Assembly: GCA_965649765.1 (NCBI GenBank)
Contig: OZ287750.1
Location: 100,006,001-100,070,000, forward strand
DNA length: 64,000 nt
Direction of reading: 5' to 3'
DNA from: Bispira polyomma
Taxonomy: Eukaryota
Both the position numbers and the translations under genes were made by a program. Each line of letters starts with the position of its first letter. The first letter of the stretch is position 1. This document shows, one piece after another, positions 23,151 through 35,779 of this stretch. The notes beneath the pieces are model-generated. The model worked only from the letters and a program-made list of their open reading frames with translations, was not told where the DNA came from and made no database searches.

Positions 23151-26100
23151 TATATTATATGGCTGTTTTAATCACTTTGCAAAGAAATATTAAACTTGTA
23201 AATGGTATTTGCATATAAAAATGATTAAAACGGTCACTAAAGACATATTTTGAGGCTGCCATAGTGGATTCCCAGGGTTAAAACATTTAACTGAGGTATA
23301 ATTTACAGGTTACTCATTTGTGTGTTTACGTTACTAAAGCCTTAAGGAAACATTTGGCAAATCTTAAATATACCAATCAGCTAGCCTGGGACATTGTCAA
23401 AGAGAGCTTTTTGTAACTCTTCTTGCAACTTTCAAAACACCAACCTAGTGCTCTCACAACATATTCTTTTAACTTAGTGAGATTTCAGGTAAAGCTAATC
23501 AGTCAGGGATTAGCTTGCAACACTGTCAGCAAAATTTAGTGTTCTGTAACACTTCCTGTAACTTTGCCCACCGCACACTTATCGTCAAGAGAAGCTAATC
23601 AGTCAACGGCTAGGCTGGGACACTGTCATGCAATTTTTTCAACTCCCACCCAGTGCTGTCAAAAAAAATTTACACTGTGAAAAAGGTTTAAATAAATTTT
23701 TATTTGTTTTTCATAAGTGATTTTGACAATTCCATGTACTTGGTTTATTTGTTACATGTCATTTTGCAACCAATAGCCATTTCACCACGGCCATTTTGGG
23801 ACCTTTGTAGTTCTAGAAATAATTCACCACTTGATTTAGTTTCTGACACATTTTTACTGAATGAAATACAACAAATAGTGGATACACATTATTTAAATGC
23901 CGAATTTGTTTAATGTGTACACAACATACTTTGTTTCAGTGCATCAAAAAGCCTATAGGACATACAATAGTCTAAAACTATTTGCCAAGTAGAGAACCCA
24001 GGCTGGGTGTAAATTGCAAATCAGATGAGACCTCAATAGAGGTAATATACATGTATTTCACACATTTCTACCTTAAATATTTATTAACTGAATATTAACT
24101 GAGATATCTTAAGTAACAGAAATATCTTGTAGATAAAACTACAAACAAAACAAATATAAATGCTTGAATAATTAAAGTATTAATAAGTTATATAAGGCAG
24201 CGACCCCAGCGTAGGGGTTTACAGTTTTGGGGTACCAGTCTTTTCTAAAATGTATAGCTTCATTGACTGCAGATTTCCCTATACAAGGATGTGCCATTTT
24301 AATGTCCGCCTTTTAAAAACAATAGCCGTACACAGAACATCACTTTGAAACAAATGTTCAAAATTTCTACAGTTTTACGTTGTTCCACACTGTTGTAGAG
24401 AATTTTAATCTGTTTTGTCTGTTTTATATCATTACTGAATTTTATCATGCCTTCGTCAGTGAATTGTTCTAAATGTTTGGGCCAGTCGGGGCTGAATGTC
24501 AGTTAATGGTTAATGCTACTACTGCTGACATTGACCAAGGTGAGGAACTCAGAGATGCTGGTCTGGCTCAGGATGTGGGGCTGAGTACTGTGTCAAATCA
24601 AATACTTTTACAGCTCCAGTCCATGAGCCAGATAATGGAAAAAATGGACTAGCATGTGCAACTGAGGCGGCGTTGGCAGCGGATGGAAACAAAAAACAGG
24701 CCAGTAATTTGACTTCTAGCAATAGCTCTGTAAACAATACGGCTGAAATAGCTACACCTGTCAATGAGGTACAAAATGTTATACCTCATTGATGTTATAA
24801 ATAACACAAAAATTCAAAGCCAGGTAGAACTTCGGTTGGCTAATTTGAAGCGCCTCAACGAAACCCCCAGTCGGGGTAAGCTTAAGTCTCAGAGGGGGGA
24901 GGGGTAGATGTCATTAAACGTGTTGTCGAATGGCCACAAAATCGTGTCCTTTTCGAGCTAAGCCCACATACGACGACTTGTCTATGAGCCAATGGGTATG
25001 TCGGTTCACCAGGATTATTCAGGATGAGAAATCAAATTCTGTTAGGGAACTAATGCTCCAATACATGTCCAAATTTATGGAGGACTCGGAGGATTTCTCG
25101 TGGGAGGCAGTGAAGGCTTCTTACACTGTTGTGCTCATGCACATGAAAATGAACAAGCTTTTGTGGTCCGACGTGGATAAATTAGACCGTTTACGAAGGG
25201 CTCACGCTCAGAAACAGGTGTCCAGTAGTAGTACTACTCCTGCTAATGCCAGTTGAGGCAGTAAAACCAGTGGCATGGCCAAACAAAGTGCAAATTGCAA
25301 TTTTTTCCAAGATGGGTCCTGTAAGTTCCCCAGTAGTCACAAGATAGGGAATATGTATTTTAAGCATGTCTGTGAAACTTGTGGGGGGAACCCGTAAAAC
25401 TAATGCATGTACCAGAAAATAGGTAAACGTTGACACAGTGGGCAATTACCATTTGGGTAGTATGTTTTATAATTCAAAATTTCAGGAACAGCATTTACTG
25501 GAAAAATCAGTTGTAAATAAAATGTTGTTGTATTACAGAGGTAAACAGACTCGCTGCACGTACAGCGACGCTGTTTCAGTGGGAAGTAAAATATGTCAAA
25601 ATAAAAGTGTTGGTGAACAAGTCCTGAAAAGTGACCCAAAGCCTTTCAATGCAGTAGAACTCCATAAGCAAACAAGGTGTCAAAACACCTCAGTGAAAAC
25701 TGTCTAAAGGTGTCGAAAATGGGTGTCCATGTCCTGGGTGAAGCCCCCTTTGTCTCGGCCACATGAAACAAAATAAATACTTTTGAGTCGAGACAAAGGC
25801 CTTCAACCAAAGGCGTGTCAAACAGAATAAACCCATGAACGAGATAGGAGGTCAGATTGTGTTGCATAATAGATTTCTTCCACTCTGCCAAACCACTGTT
25901 GAACCCCGGCAGCAATGGGGAGGGGGGGGGGGGGGGGGGGGTAACAGAACAGGGTGTTGATATTGTGCCTAAACAAAAAGCCTGTGTTAACTTTGTGTTG
26001 CACACGGCTGGTATCAAAAAATCAAATTCAATTAGTGTCACCAAAGATGATGGGGACAAATACTCTCTCGAATTTATAACAAAAACGTAACAAGCGAGAA

Positions 26101-26387
26101 CTGTTGGGCAAAGCTCAATTAAATGATACCTACATTCAATGGAAAGCCCAAAATGAAGTTGAATGTGGCTTTACGCCCCTGTCCAATTTAGGTTGTAAAA
26201 TCTGTGACTTTGGTAACACTGACCACAAATTCATAATTTTTGAAATGCACAACAAATTAAGACAAGATGGTAGACAAAATTTTCAGGGCCTCCAGCTTGT
26301 TGTTGAGTCGCAGTTAAATGCTGACAAGTGGGACAAATACCTTGAGAACTACTGTTACTGGCAACTCCTTTTGCTCATTAAGTATCT

Positions 26388-26877
26388 AAAGCAAACATAA
26401 AGTTGATAAGAGACAGGCTAGTTATAAACAACAAGCCAAAGTCGGACATTTTTTAGAAGAATCCTTTAGATCCCACCATCTCTACAGGGGAGTCCATAAA
26501 TTATGATGTTATCCACCATTCCAACCCAGTTAGCATCAAAGGGAGTACATTCCAGGGACATTACTATCCCATACATTGCATGGAAGAAGCGGTTCAAGCT
26601 TTGAGAGCATTACATCTAAACAAGTCGTTGTGTAAAAGTCACCACTTCGTCTACGCCTACAATTACTGCGATACTGATGGTCAACTGATGGTCGGGATAC
26701 TCAGATGATGGTGAGTGGAAAGCAAGCAGTTTATTGAAGGGAATGCTTGACGCTAGCAAATGTTCTGATGGAATATTGATGGTGACCCGCATACACGACG
26801 GACCAAATCTTGGTAAGCAAAGATTTCACCTGCTAGAAAGAGTTGCTAAAGAAGTTCTAGACAATGCCTCTGTATAA
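26388..26877 (+). pseudogene. LINE ORF1 C-terminus fused to an IMPACT/Yih1 (UPF0029) domain
   Basis: KANIKLIRDRLVINN, then KGSTFQGH, HHFVYAY, GYSDDGE, LMVTR, GPNLGKQRF; one stop and one +1 frameshift near 26695. Confidence 0.85.
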
Positions 26878-27643
26878 ACGTCACTCTCTAGACATTAGAA
26901 ACCATTATATAATAAGTTTTGAACATTCTAGTAACAATAAAAACTAAGTTTTCTGTTAACAGGACATATTAAATACATTCATTACATGTTTAAAAGCCTG
27001 CTTGACAGACTGTTTATTTTTCAAAATACCATGTTTATGATGACATTTGCGTTTGTGAATATAATCGATAGGGAAAACCAGTTCTGCTGTATTTTTTTAT
27101 TATAATCAGGTTTGCTGTGATGATTTTGATTTGATGAGTTAGCTTACAACTTTTTCTTATAGCGTAACCACAGCTACCAAAAAATACATGTATGTCAGAT
27201 GATGTTGATTCTTGATTCGGTATGCTAGCATAGACTATTATTTTCCCCAGTTCTACGTGTATAAACGTCACTCTCTAAACATTAGAAACCATTATATAAT
27301 AAGTTTGAACATTCTAGGAACAATAATAACTAGTTTCTCTGTTAAAAGGATATATTAAATACATTCATTACATATTTAAAAGCCTGCCTGACAGACTGTT
27401 TATTTTTTCAAAATACCATGTTTATGATAACATTTGTGTTTGTGAATATAATCGATAGACAAAACCAGTTCTGCTGTATATTTTATTATAATCAGGTTTG
27501 CTGTGATGATTTTGATTTGATGAGTTAGCTTACAACTTTTTCTTATAGTGTAACCACAGCTACCAAAAAATACATGTATGTCAGATGATGTTGATTCTTG
27601 ATTCAGTATGCTAGCATAGACTACTATTTTCCCCAGTTGTACA
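26871..27643. repeat. Tandem duplication of about 387 bp in the LINE inter-ORF spacer
   Basis: Near-identical units start TGTATAAACGTCACTCTCTA at 26871 and 27258. Confidence 0.97.
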
Positions 27644-28399
27644 TGAATGGCAGATGATATATATACTTAAGAATCAATATTGCAATTTTTATGTTTTAAA
27701 TTTAATTAACTTCTAAACATTGTTAAATTTTGAGTTGGTATGTGAACATACGACTGTGTTGGTGTTTTTTTTTTTTGTTGGTTTTTTTTTTTCGAGTTGT
27801 ACATGTAAATAGTTTGCCGTTAATATGTTATTGAGAATAAATATTGAATCATGGACAGCTAGTAAAACAGCACTAATTTGTAATAACTTACAAATTGGAT
27901 TTTTAAAAATTTTATTGTCACATATGGTGGATACCTCATGACATAAACTATTGAACATGTGAAATGTACATAAGCTCTCTCAATAGTTCACAGTGTCACT
28001 TTTTTATTTTTTGTAGAGTATTTTATTTTGATAAAACATTCATTCTGTAAAGAACGCCTTAATTAAGTTATGTTAGTTTTTTTTTTCTTCTTTAGCATCC
28101 TTAGGTTAAGAAATATGTGTTTGTTTTTCAGAAATGCATTAAAAAGGTGTTACCTTCTTGCAATTATTATTAAAATGAAAGGTATAATTTTATTTTTTTC
28201 AATAGATATGTGGTCATCTTTTGTTAGTTGTAGCAAGTCAATAAATATTAAATATAAGGTACTAATGTGGTCTTCAAAGTCATCAATCATTGAAAAAATA
28301 ATGGTTAAAATAATTAATCGTCTACTCCAGTCAAAACAAAATATTTTGATGCTGCTTATTCTAGAGAGTGCTGTGTGTTATTACCGCAACTTTTTCCGA

Positions 28400-31300
28400 A
28401 ATAATATTAGGGTGTTATCTGCAAACTGTCAAGGATTAAGAAACAAACATAAAAGGATAGATGTTTTGGCATACTTCAAAGAAAGAGAAGCTGACATAAT
28501 TTGTCTCCAAGATACACATTGGATCAAAAGTGACTTGAGTCTGTGGAATGGCAATTGTTATATTCATGGGTCTAAAACCAATGCGCGTGGTGTAGCAATT
28601 CTTTTAAAAAGTAATTTTGAATATACTGTATTGTCAAGTGAACAAGACACAAAAGGAAACTTCCTTTGTTTACCTTAAAACTTAGCTCTATGACAATAGC
28701 TCTTATTACAATATATGCCCCAAATAAGGACACTCCACTTTTCTTTACAAAACTGCAGAATGTTGTGCAGAGTAATAATTTCGATCACTGCATAATATGT
28801 GGTGATTATAACTTAGTGATCAATCCTGCACTTGATACATACGGATATAAACATATAAATAATTCAAAAGCTAGGCTAACAGTACTTAATATGATGACCG
28901 ATTTTGATTTTCTAGATATTTATAGGCAACTACACCGAAACAATCGCCGATATACATGGAGGAAGAGAACTCCCCTAAAACAGGCCAGGCTTGATTACTT
29001 TTTGGTGTCCAAGAATATGTTAGATATAATAATTAAATGCGAAATTAAACCTGGTTATAGGTCAGACCACTCCATTATAGAATTAGAAATTGTGTTGAAC
29101 CATTTTAAGGTGGGAAAGGGGATTTGGAAATTTAATAATAGCCTACTTAAAAACATTGATTATTTAAATTTAATAAACAAAGTAATAAAAGAGGAAATTT
29201 TAAATTATGCGATACCTGTATATGACTTAAAATTTTTTGAAAATAATTACAATGATATTAATTTCATGATAGACAATGATCTCTTTCTTGAGGTACTGTT
29301 GCTCAGGACAAGAGGGGAAACAATTAAATTTACAAGTGCTGTAAAAAAATTAAATGCCTCTAAAGAAAAAGATCTGATGAAAGATATTGAGTATTTGGAA
29401 ACAAATATAGACTCCCAAAATTGTAATTTACAACTGCTATCAGATAAAAAAAGCCGAATTGGAATACATTAGAGAAAATAAAATGAAAGGGGCACAGGTT
29501 AGAGCTAGAATACAGTGGCTAAATGAGGGAGAAAAACCCTCCAAGCTATTCTGTAATGTAGAATCGAGAAATTATGTTGAAAAAACAAAATTACAATTAG
29601 ATGATGGTTAAACAATTTATGAGCAAAAGGAATTGCTACACCACGTCAAAACTTATTATTCCAATTTATTCAGCAACCGAGACATGTATCTTAATGTAGA
29701 AAGCTTTGATTCTTTGAAAGAGGTTCAATCAGAAAAAGTCACTTGGGTGGTTCTGTATCTGTAGGTGAATTGCAAACAGTTTTAAAAAAGATGAAACATA
29801 ACAAAACGCCAGGTTCTATATCTGTAGCTGAATTGCAAACAGTTTTAAATAAGATGAAACATAACAAAACGCCAGGAATAGATGGTCTTACTGTGGAATT
29901 TTTAATAGTTTCCTGGGGAATGCTAAAGTTTTTTATGGCTAGAGCAATCAACTGTGGTTTTGAAAAAGGTTCAATGTCAATAACTTTGCGCCAATGCATT
30001 ATAGTCTGCTTACCAAAAGGAAACAAGAACAGAAATTTTATGAAGAACTGGCGACCTATTTCACTAATTTCTGTAATTTACAAACTAGCTTCGGGTGTAA
30101 TAGCTCAAAGATTAAAAACAGTTTTAGATCTTATTATATCAAAATCACAATCTGGCTTTGTACCAGGGAGGCAGATAAGTGATAGTACCAGATTAATTTA
30201 TGATATAATGAATTCAGCAGAAGTAAAAAATCTCCCTCGACTTTTAATGCTTCTAGATTTTGAAAAGGCATTTGACTCCATTTCTTGGATATTTCTGTAT
30301 AAAACTCTAGCAAGGAATTTATCAAGTGGGTAAAACTCTTTAACACCAACATCAAAGCACATGTACTTCCATGTGGTACTTTATCTGAAGAAATTTCTAT
30401 TGAAAGGGGTTGCAGACAAGGTGACCAACTTTCACCATATTTATTTTTGATAGGGGCTGAAGTACTGTCTTCATTACTAAAAGTAAATCCAAATATAAAA
30501 GGTTTTAAGTTGAGAAACGAAGAGATCAAATTAACACAGTTTGCAGATGACACAACCCTTATACTTGATGGATCACAGCGCTCTTTAGAGACAGCACTTA
30601 ATATACTAGAAATATTTGGAAATTGTTCTGGCTTAAAAATGAACATGGAAAAAACAAAGGTGATCTGGATTGGTCAGAAATGTTTCTCTAAGGAAAAATT
30701 AAAAATAGAACACACCCTACAATGGGGCAACTCAGAATTTTCTATGTTAGGATTAAATTTTTCAACCAATTTAGGTGATATTCCAATCATAAACTACTCT
30801 GAGGCTTTAGAAAAAATTAAGAAGGACATGGTAAATTGGAGAAATAGATATCTCACACCTTTTGGGAGAATATCACTTATTAAAACCAAATTTTTGTCAA
30901 AACTGATACACCTCTTCATTACCTTGCCTGCACCATTAGGTATTTTGAAACAGATAAATAAAATGATGTTTATATTTATATGGAATCATAAACCTGATAA
31001 GGTTAAACAAAAAACCTTATGTGGGGATTATTCAAAATGGGGTTTGAAAATGATTAATATATTCCATTTTGAAAAGGCATTAAAAATAGCTTGGATACGA
31101 AAGACAATCTATCAACCAGAAGTAGGATGGAACAAGGTATTACACGAATCAAATAGTAAAGTAAAAAAATTATCTGGACTGGGTGGAGAATTAAATTCAA
31201 TCTACTCGAAAACATTGAAAAACGAGTTTTGGACCATTATTTTTGGATACTGGAATGACTTCTGTTCAAAAAATCAACCCTCATCAAATGATGAAATTTC

Positions 31301-32040
31301 AGATTCATGTGTATCGTATAATAGTCAAGTATCAAAATGTATTCTATATTACCCAACTTGGTACAAAAAGGGAATAAGCCTAGTGGGTGATATAATAAAT
31401 GCAGAAGGAACTGTAATTAGTCATGCAGAATTTAATAAAAAATATAACATTTCTACAAATATTTTAGACTATCACAGGTTAAAATTCTCGGTTGAGAAGT
31501 TCCTGATCAATATGGGCAGTAAAACTAAATTTCACACTTGATATCAAGGTTTGGGAAAATATTTTTAAGGCCAGTTTCAAGTCCATTTCAGATAACACAT
31601 TGATATGGTTTCAATATAAAATACTTTTTAACATTTTGGATACCAATCAATATTTGCATAAGATAAACGTAATTGATTCAAACTTTTGCAATTTTTGTAA
31701 GCGACATCCAGATTCTATTTACCACCTTTTCACTCAGTGCACTTATGTTGACAAATTGTGGCAAAATATATTAGATTGGATCTGGAAAAAGTTGGCTCTT
31801 AAAATAGAGCTAAGCGATGCTAGAAAAATTTTAGGGTATGAAGAAATGGACTTAAATTTCTGGCCACTGAACTTTTTGCTACTAGTACCAAGGTATTACA
31901 TATTTTGGTGCTCAAAGAAGAAATTTCAATTGAACATATATTTCCTTCAGAAAAAATTTAAAAATATATTTTTAGAACAAAAACTTTTGTCGAAAGTAAA
32001 TCAAACAGAACAAAAATTTGACAAGAAATGGGAAGTATGA
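28400..32040 (+). pseudogene. LINE ORF2: APE endonuclease, RT and C-terminal CCHC (frameshifted)
   Basis: VLSANCQGL, LQDTH, GDYN, RLDYFL, SDH; KTPGIDG, NWRPISL, LDFEKAFD, QFADD; CNFC..HLFTQC. Confidence 0.96.
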
Positions 32041-33262
32041 GAAAACCTAATAGTGTAAAAAATTGTTGTTTTTTGCTGAACTTCTGCATAAGATGACCAG
32101 TGAGAAAGTGAGCATTATAAAAAAAAAAAATTATTAAAAAACATGTTTTTTTTTGTTTTTTTTTGTGATTTGGTAACCAGCATCGTAGTATAAACTGTTG
32201 TAAAAAATTTATTGCATTTATTAAGATGTGCTTACTGTATATTTGTAATATTTTCTTATTTTTTTTTTATACAACAAACAGAAATAAAAGTATAAAAAAA
32301 AAGGTATCGCTTCCTGTTTGTATGTAGGGACAACATAAATCAGTCAGAGAATGCCAACCAAAGTTCTTCGAGTTGTTTTCCTGAACACGTGGAAATGTAT
32401 TTAAAAGAAGAATGCCACTTTGGGGCCATTCTAGGTCCTTTCACCAGCCCACCGATTAAAAACCTGCACTGTTCGCCGATGATGACTCAGGAGAAATCCA
32501 GCTCTGCTAATAGGTTTGTTATTATCGATTTAAGCTGGCCACATGGTCAGTCAGTTAATGCTGGGGCCTCTCCCACTTGCTATCTAGCCACAGAATTCAT
32601 ATTGTCTTATCCTTCCATAGATAAAATTACCAGTGAGGTCAGTAAGTTGGGCAGAGGTTGCCATATATATATAAGGTGGACGTAAGTCGTGCATTCAGGC
32701 ACGTCCCCATTGACCCCGGAAATATTAAATTTTTGTGCTTAAAATGGAAGGGCTTCTATGTAGATAAATGCCTTCCCTTTGGCCACCAGAACGGGTCCAC
32801 TATTTTTCAAAGACTCTCGGACGCGGTCAGATATATTATAAGGGCAGAGGGCCAAAACATTCACAATTACATGGATGATTTTTTGGCCATTAATTTGCCC
32901 AGCAAAATTGGGCCTAGTTATAACCGGTTCCAGGCGCTATTACAAAAACTTGGTCTCATGGTTAGTAGTAAAAAATTAGTGCCCCCCCAGCACACGTGTT
33001 GTGTGCTTGGGTATCCTCATTGATACTGAAACGTTCTCTAATTCTATACCTGAAGACAAATTATGTGAAATTCGAGACAAATGTCTGTCTTGGCAGGAAA
33101 AAACTCATTATACTAAAAAAGAGTTACAGTCGTTGCTAGGCTCCCTTCTGTATGTGGCTAAATGCATTAAGTATGCACGAGTTTGCCTTAACAGGATGCT
33201 CCAATTACTGCGTGATAATTATGGAAAAACCAGATTTCTCGTTACAAAGGAATTTAGGAAAG

Positions 33263-33490
33263 GACAAACTTGTTCAATTGTTATTTACGTGGACAGGATT
33301 GTGGTCAGGCCGGATTCGTTTCATTATTGTATTATTGTATGAACTATTAAGAGTATCTCAGTTGACTGTAATTGTATAATTGTTATTTTAATTGTTAAAT
33401 AAATTTGTTAAGTGAAATTTTTTGTCTTTTCCTGTTACAACTTGAAAGCAACCGGTAATTGCTACCGTGCTTGCTCCCGTGACCATAACA
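33263..33490 (+). mobile_element. Probable LTR 3' fragment replacing part of the YR-element RNase H
   Basis: Non-coding AT-rich insert with AATAAA ending in ATAACA; pol homology stops at EFRK and resumes at WTSRSDIE. Confidence 0.5.
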
Positions 33491-33714
33491 GTGGACCAGT
33501 CGGTCCGATATAGAAATTGTGGTCATTCACATTATGGGCGTCAAAAACAAAAATGCAGACTTATTGTCACATTGGGATAAAACCAGTAATAATGACCAGT
33601 TGTTGGCAGAATTGGCAGGTCCAGTGAAATGACTGCAAGCAGATGCCAATCGGCTTTGGGTAGACCCTACAATATAACAAGAATATAATTAAGAATAACA
33701 TAATTGTGTTTCAG

Positions 33715-34677
33715 GTATGCACCCTGCAGAGTCACTGCTTGTAGGCGCATTCATTATCCATTTGCTGCCTCAACTGCCAGGGCTTATGACAGGATGTTTA
33801 GGCTGTTTGTTTCCTTTGGGACGATTATGAATTGGCCCCCATCTCAGGTGAATGTATTTAAACTCTTATGGTTTCTTGAGTTCTTAAATTATAATTCCAT
33901 GTCAGCCTCACAAATTGATAACAACCTGTCAGCCGTGAAAGCTAAGTGCAATCTGTTTCACATTAATGTAGAGTGTTTTTCTGACCCGATAATATCATAT
34001 TTTAGTCGGGCTCTAGCTTTACACAAACCATTGCAAGCTAAACTTAAAAGCCTGTTCGATATTCCCTTGATCAAGGCCCTTGTGTTAAATTGTGATAGCA
34101 CATATATGGGCCAGATATGCAAGGCAATATGTCTCACCAGTTTTTTCAGGTTTTACGTCTGTCAAACTTGTGCCCACACTCAGTGGCGGCTTTTTCCCTT
34201 CTAAAGCATTTGGCTAGAGGTGATTTTAAAACTTGGCTATGTTACTCTATTAATAAAGTGGTCTAAAACCATGCAGACGAACAATGCCATTAAGCTTTTG
34301 ACAATTCCAGTGATCCCTTTATCCAGCCTGTGCCCAGTAGCTGCCTTAAGGAATGTCCTCGCCTTAACACCCCCTGGCTCCAACATGCCTCTTTTTCAAT
34401 ATAAAAAGGGCTGCTCCTGGGAGGAGATGACGGACACCCATGTAAGGCATCTTTGAAGAATGTTTTACAGCTTCTGGGTTGCCAGCACAACAATCTTACT
34501 TTCCATGCTTTCCGGCATTCAGGTGCCATGTTTGCCTTTAATAATAATGTCAACATACAGGACATTCAACGACATGGCACCTAGACGTCGGATTGTGTCT
34601 AGAGGTACATAACCGATTCGGCCCATGCTGTCTCTCCGTTTGCAGACTCCTTTAGATTGTCGCTACAGCACTACTAG
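33715..34677 (+). pseudogene. Tyrosine recombinase (degenerate)
   Basis: STARAY, KWSKTMQ, FHAFRHSG; acceptor ttgtgtttcag at 33714; stops and frameshifts. Confidence 0.9.
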
Positions 34678-35779
34678 GTTTCTTGGGTTTGGTACTGGGT
34701 TTTCTGTCTCAGCTGTAAATATAAAATACAATGCATTAATGTATAATAAATAAAGCTTAAATGTGGACAGTACAGCAATGACTGTCTGGGGACATAAGGT
34801 CAACCTAACTGCTGGGTGCATAATGCACTCTTCACAGTCTTACTAGCTGAAACTGTACATAAGTTGGCATTCGGCTAGCTATATGTATAAAGTGTCAATG
34901 AAAGCATGGACGGTGACTAGGGGCTAAGTGTGCCATTGGTAAAGCAGTCGATTCTTATTACCAACCTGATATTTTAAATATCTACTATTTCACCTATGGA
35001 AACAGTTCCCTTCACAACTACTTCATTCACAGTTAGCTAGACAAGTTTACTTGTTAAATGTTTTACTGCATAATATCGTGCCCACAACAAACGTTTAGTT
35101 CTGATTCAGAATGAAGTTTCACCAAGATCACATCCGTACGAGTCGGTTGCATCTCAACAATTTTTACAGGGTAAGTCTCTTCCTAAAAAAACATCTAGAC
35201 ATTACAAGGGGTGTTTATCCGGTATGTATCAGTAAAAAGAGGTTATCTAATGATGATTGGACACATTCACAAGCCCTTCTATCATCAGGTGCAACGAACA
35301 GCACCTCTAATGCAGGAACAAAGTCTTGGGTTCCTTGTTATTATCAATCAAACCAATGTCATTAAGATACAGATAACAAGAAAGTGACGTCAGTATTGAA
35401 GCATATTTGTGCCAATTGTTTTTGTATTAGCTGAGGAGAGAACACTACTACTACACAGGGACAATTGCACAGTCAACGACTAGCTGATAGAGGCAATATT
35501 AGGTACAATTAGTAGTTTTGAAATGTATAATAGGTTAGATAATTCTACTAGAACTATAGACTCAAGTTTGGATTGCAAATTTAAATATTGTGAGATGAAC
35601 AATGAAATTAACAATTTTGATAAGCTAAACACATTATCCAGTAATGGGACAGACACGCAATTTTTAATTGGTAATTCATATATAATTACAATCATATATA
35701 ATTACAATCAGTATAGCAGTCAATACTGTTTTTTTAACAGTAAAGACATCGATAATTTGTCAGCATTAATAATTTAATG

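Larger units (their letters stand above)
26386..32301 (+). mobile_element. 5'-truncated L1/Tx1-like LINE inserted into YR-element pol
   Basis: AATAAA plus A-tail; TSD AAGTAT (26380-85) / AGGTAT (32302-07); host pol resumes LIKY|RF. Confidence 0.92.
24190..34810 (+). mobile_element. Degenerate Ngaro-like YR retrotransposon, interrupted by a LINE and an LTR fragment
   Basis: gag from about 24447 (GKLKSQRG, PTYDDLSM); pol 25430-26385 and 32302-33677 (NYMDD); YR 33715-34677 (KWSKT, FHAFRHSG). Confidence 0.88.

Noticed and set aside
25415-25460. Frameshift cassette in the plus-strand YR element
   Set aside because: Only a degenerate GGTAAAC and a weak stem remain; too decayed to count as support
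28070-28400. Hydrophobic N-terminal extension of LINE ORF2
   Set aside because: Likely a chance open frame in T-rich spacer; the second copy starts just before the APE motif
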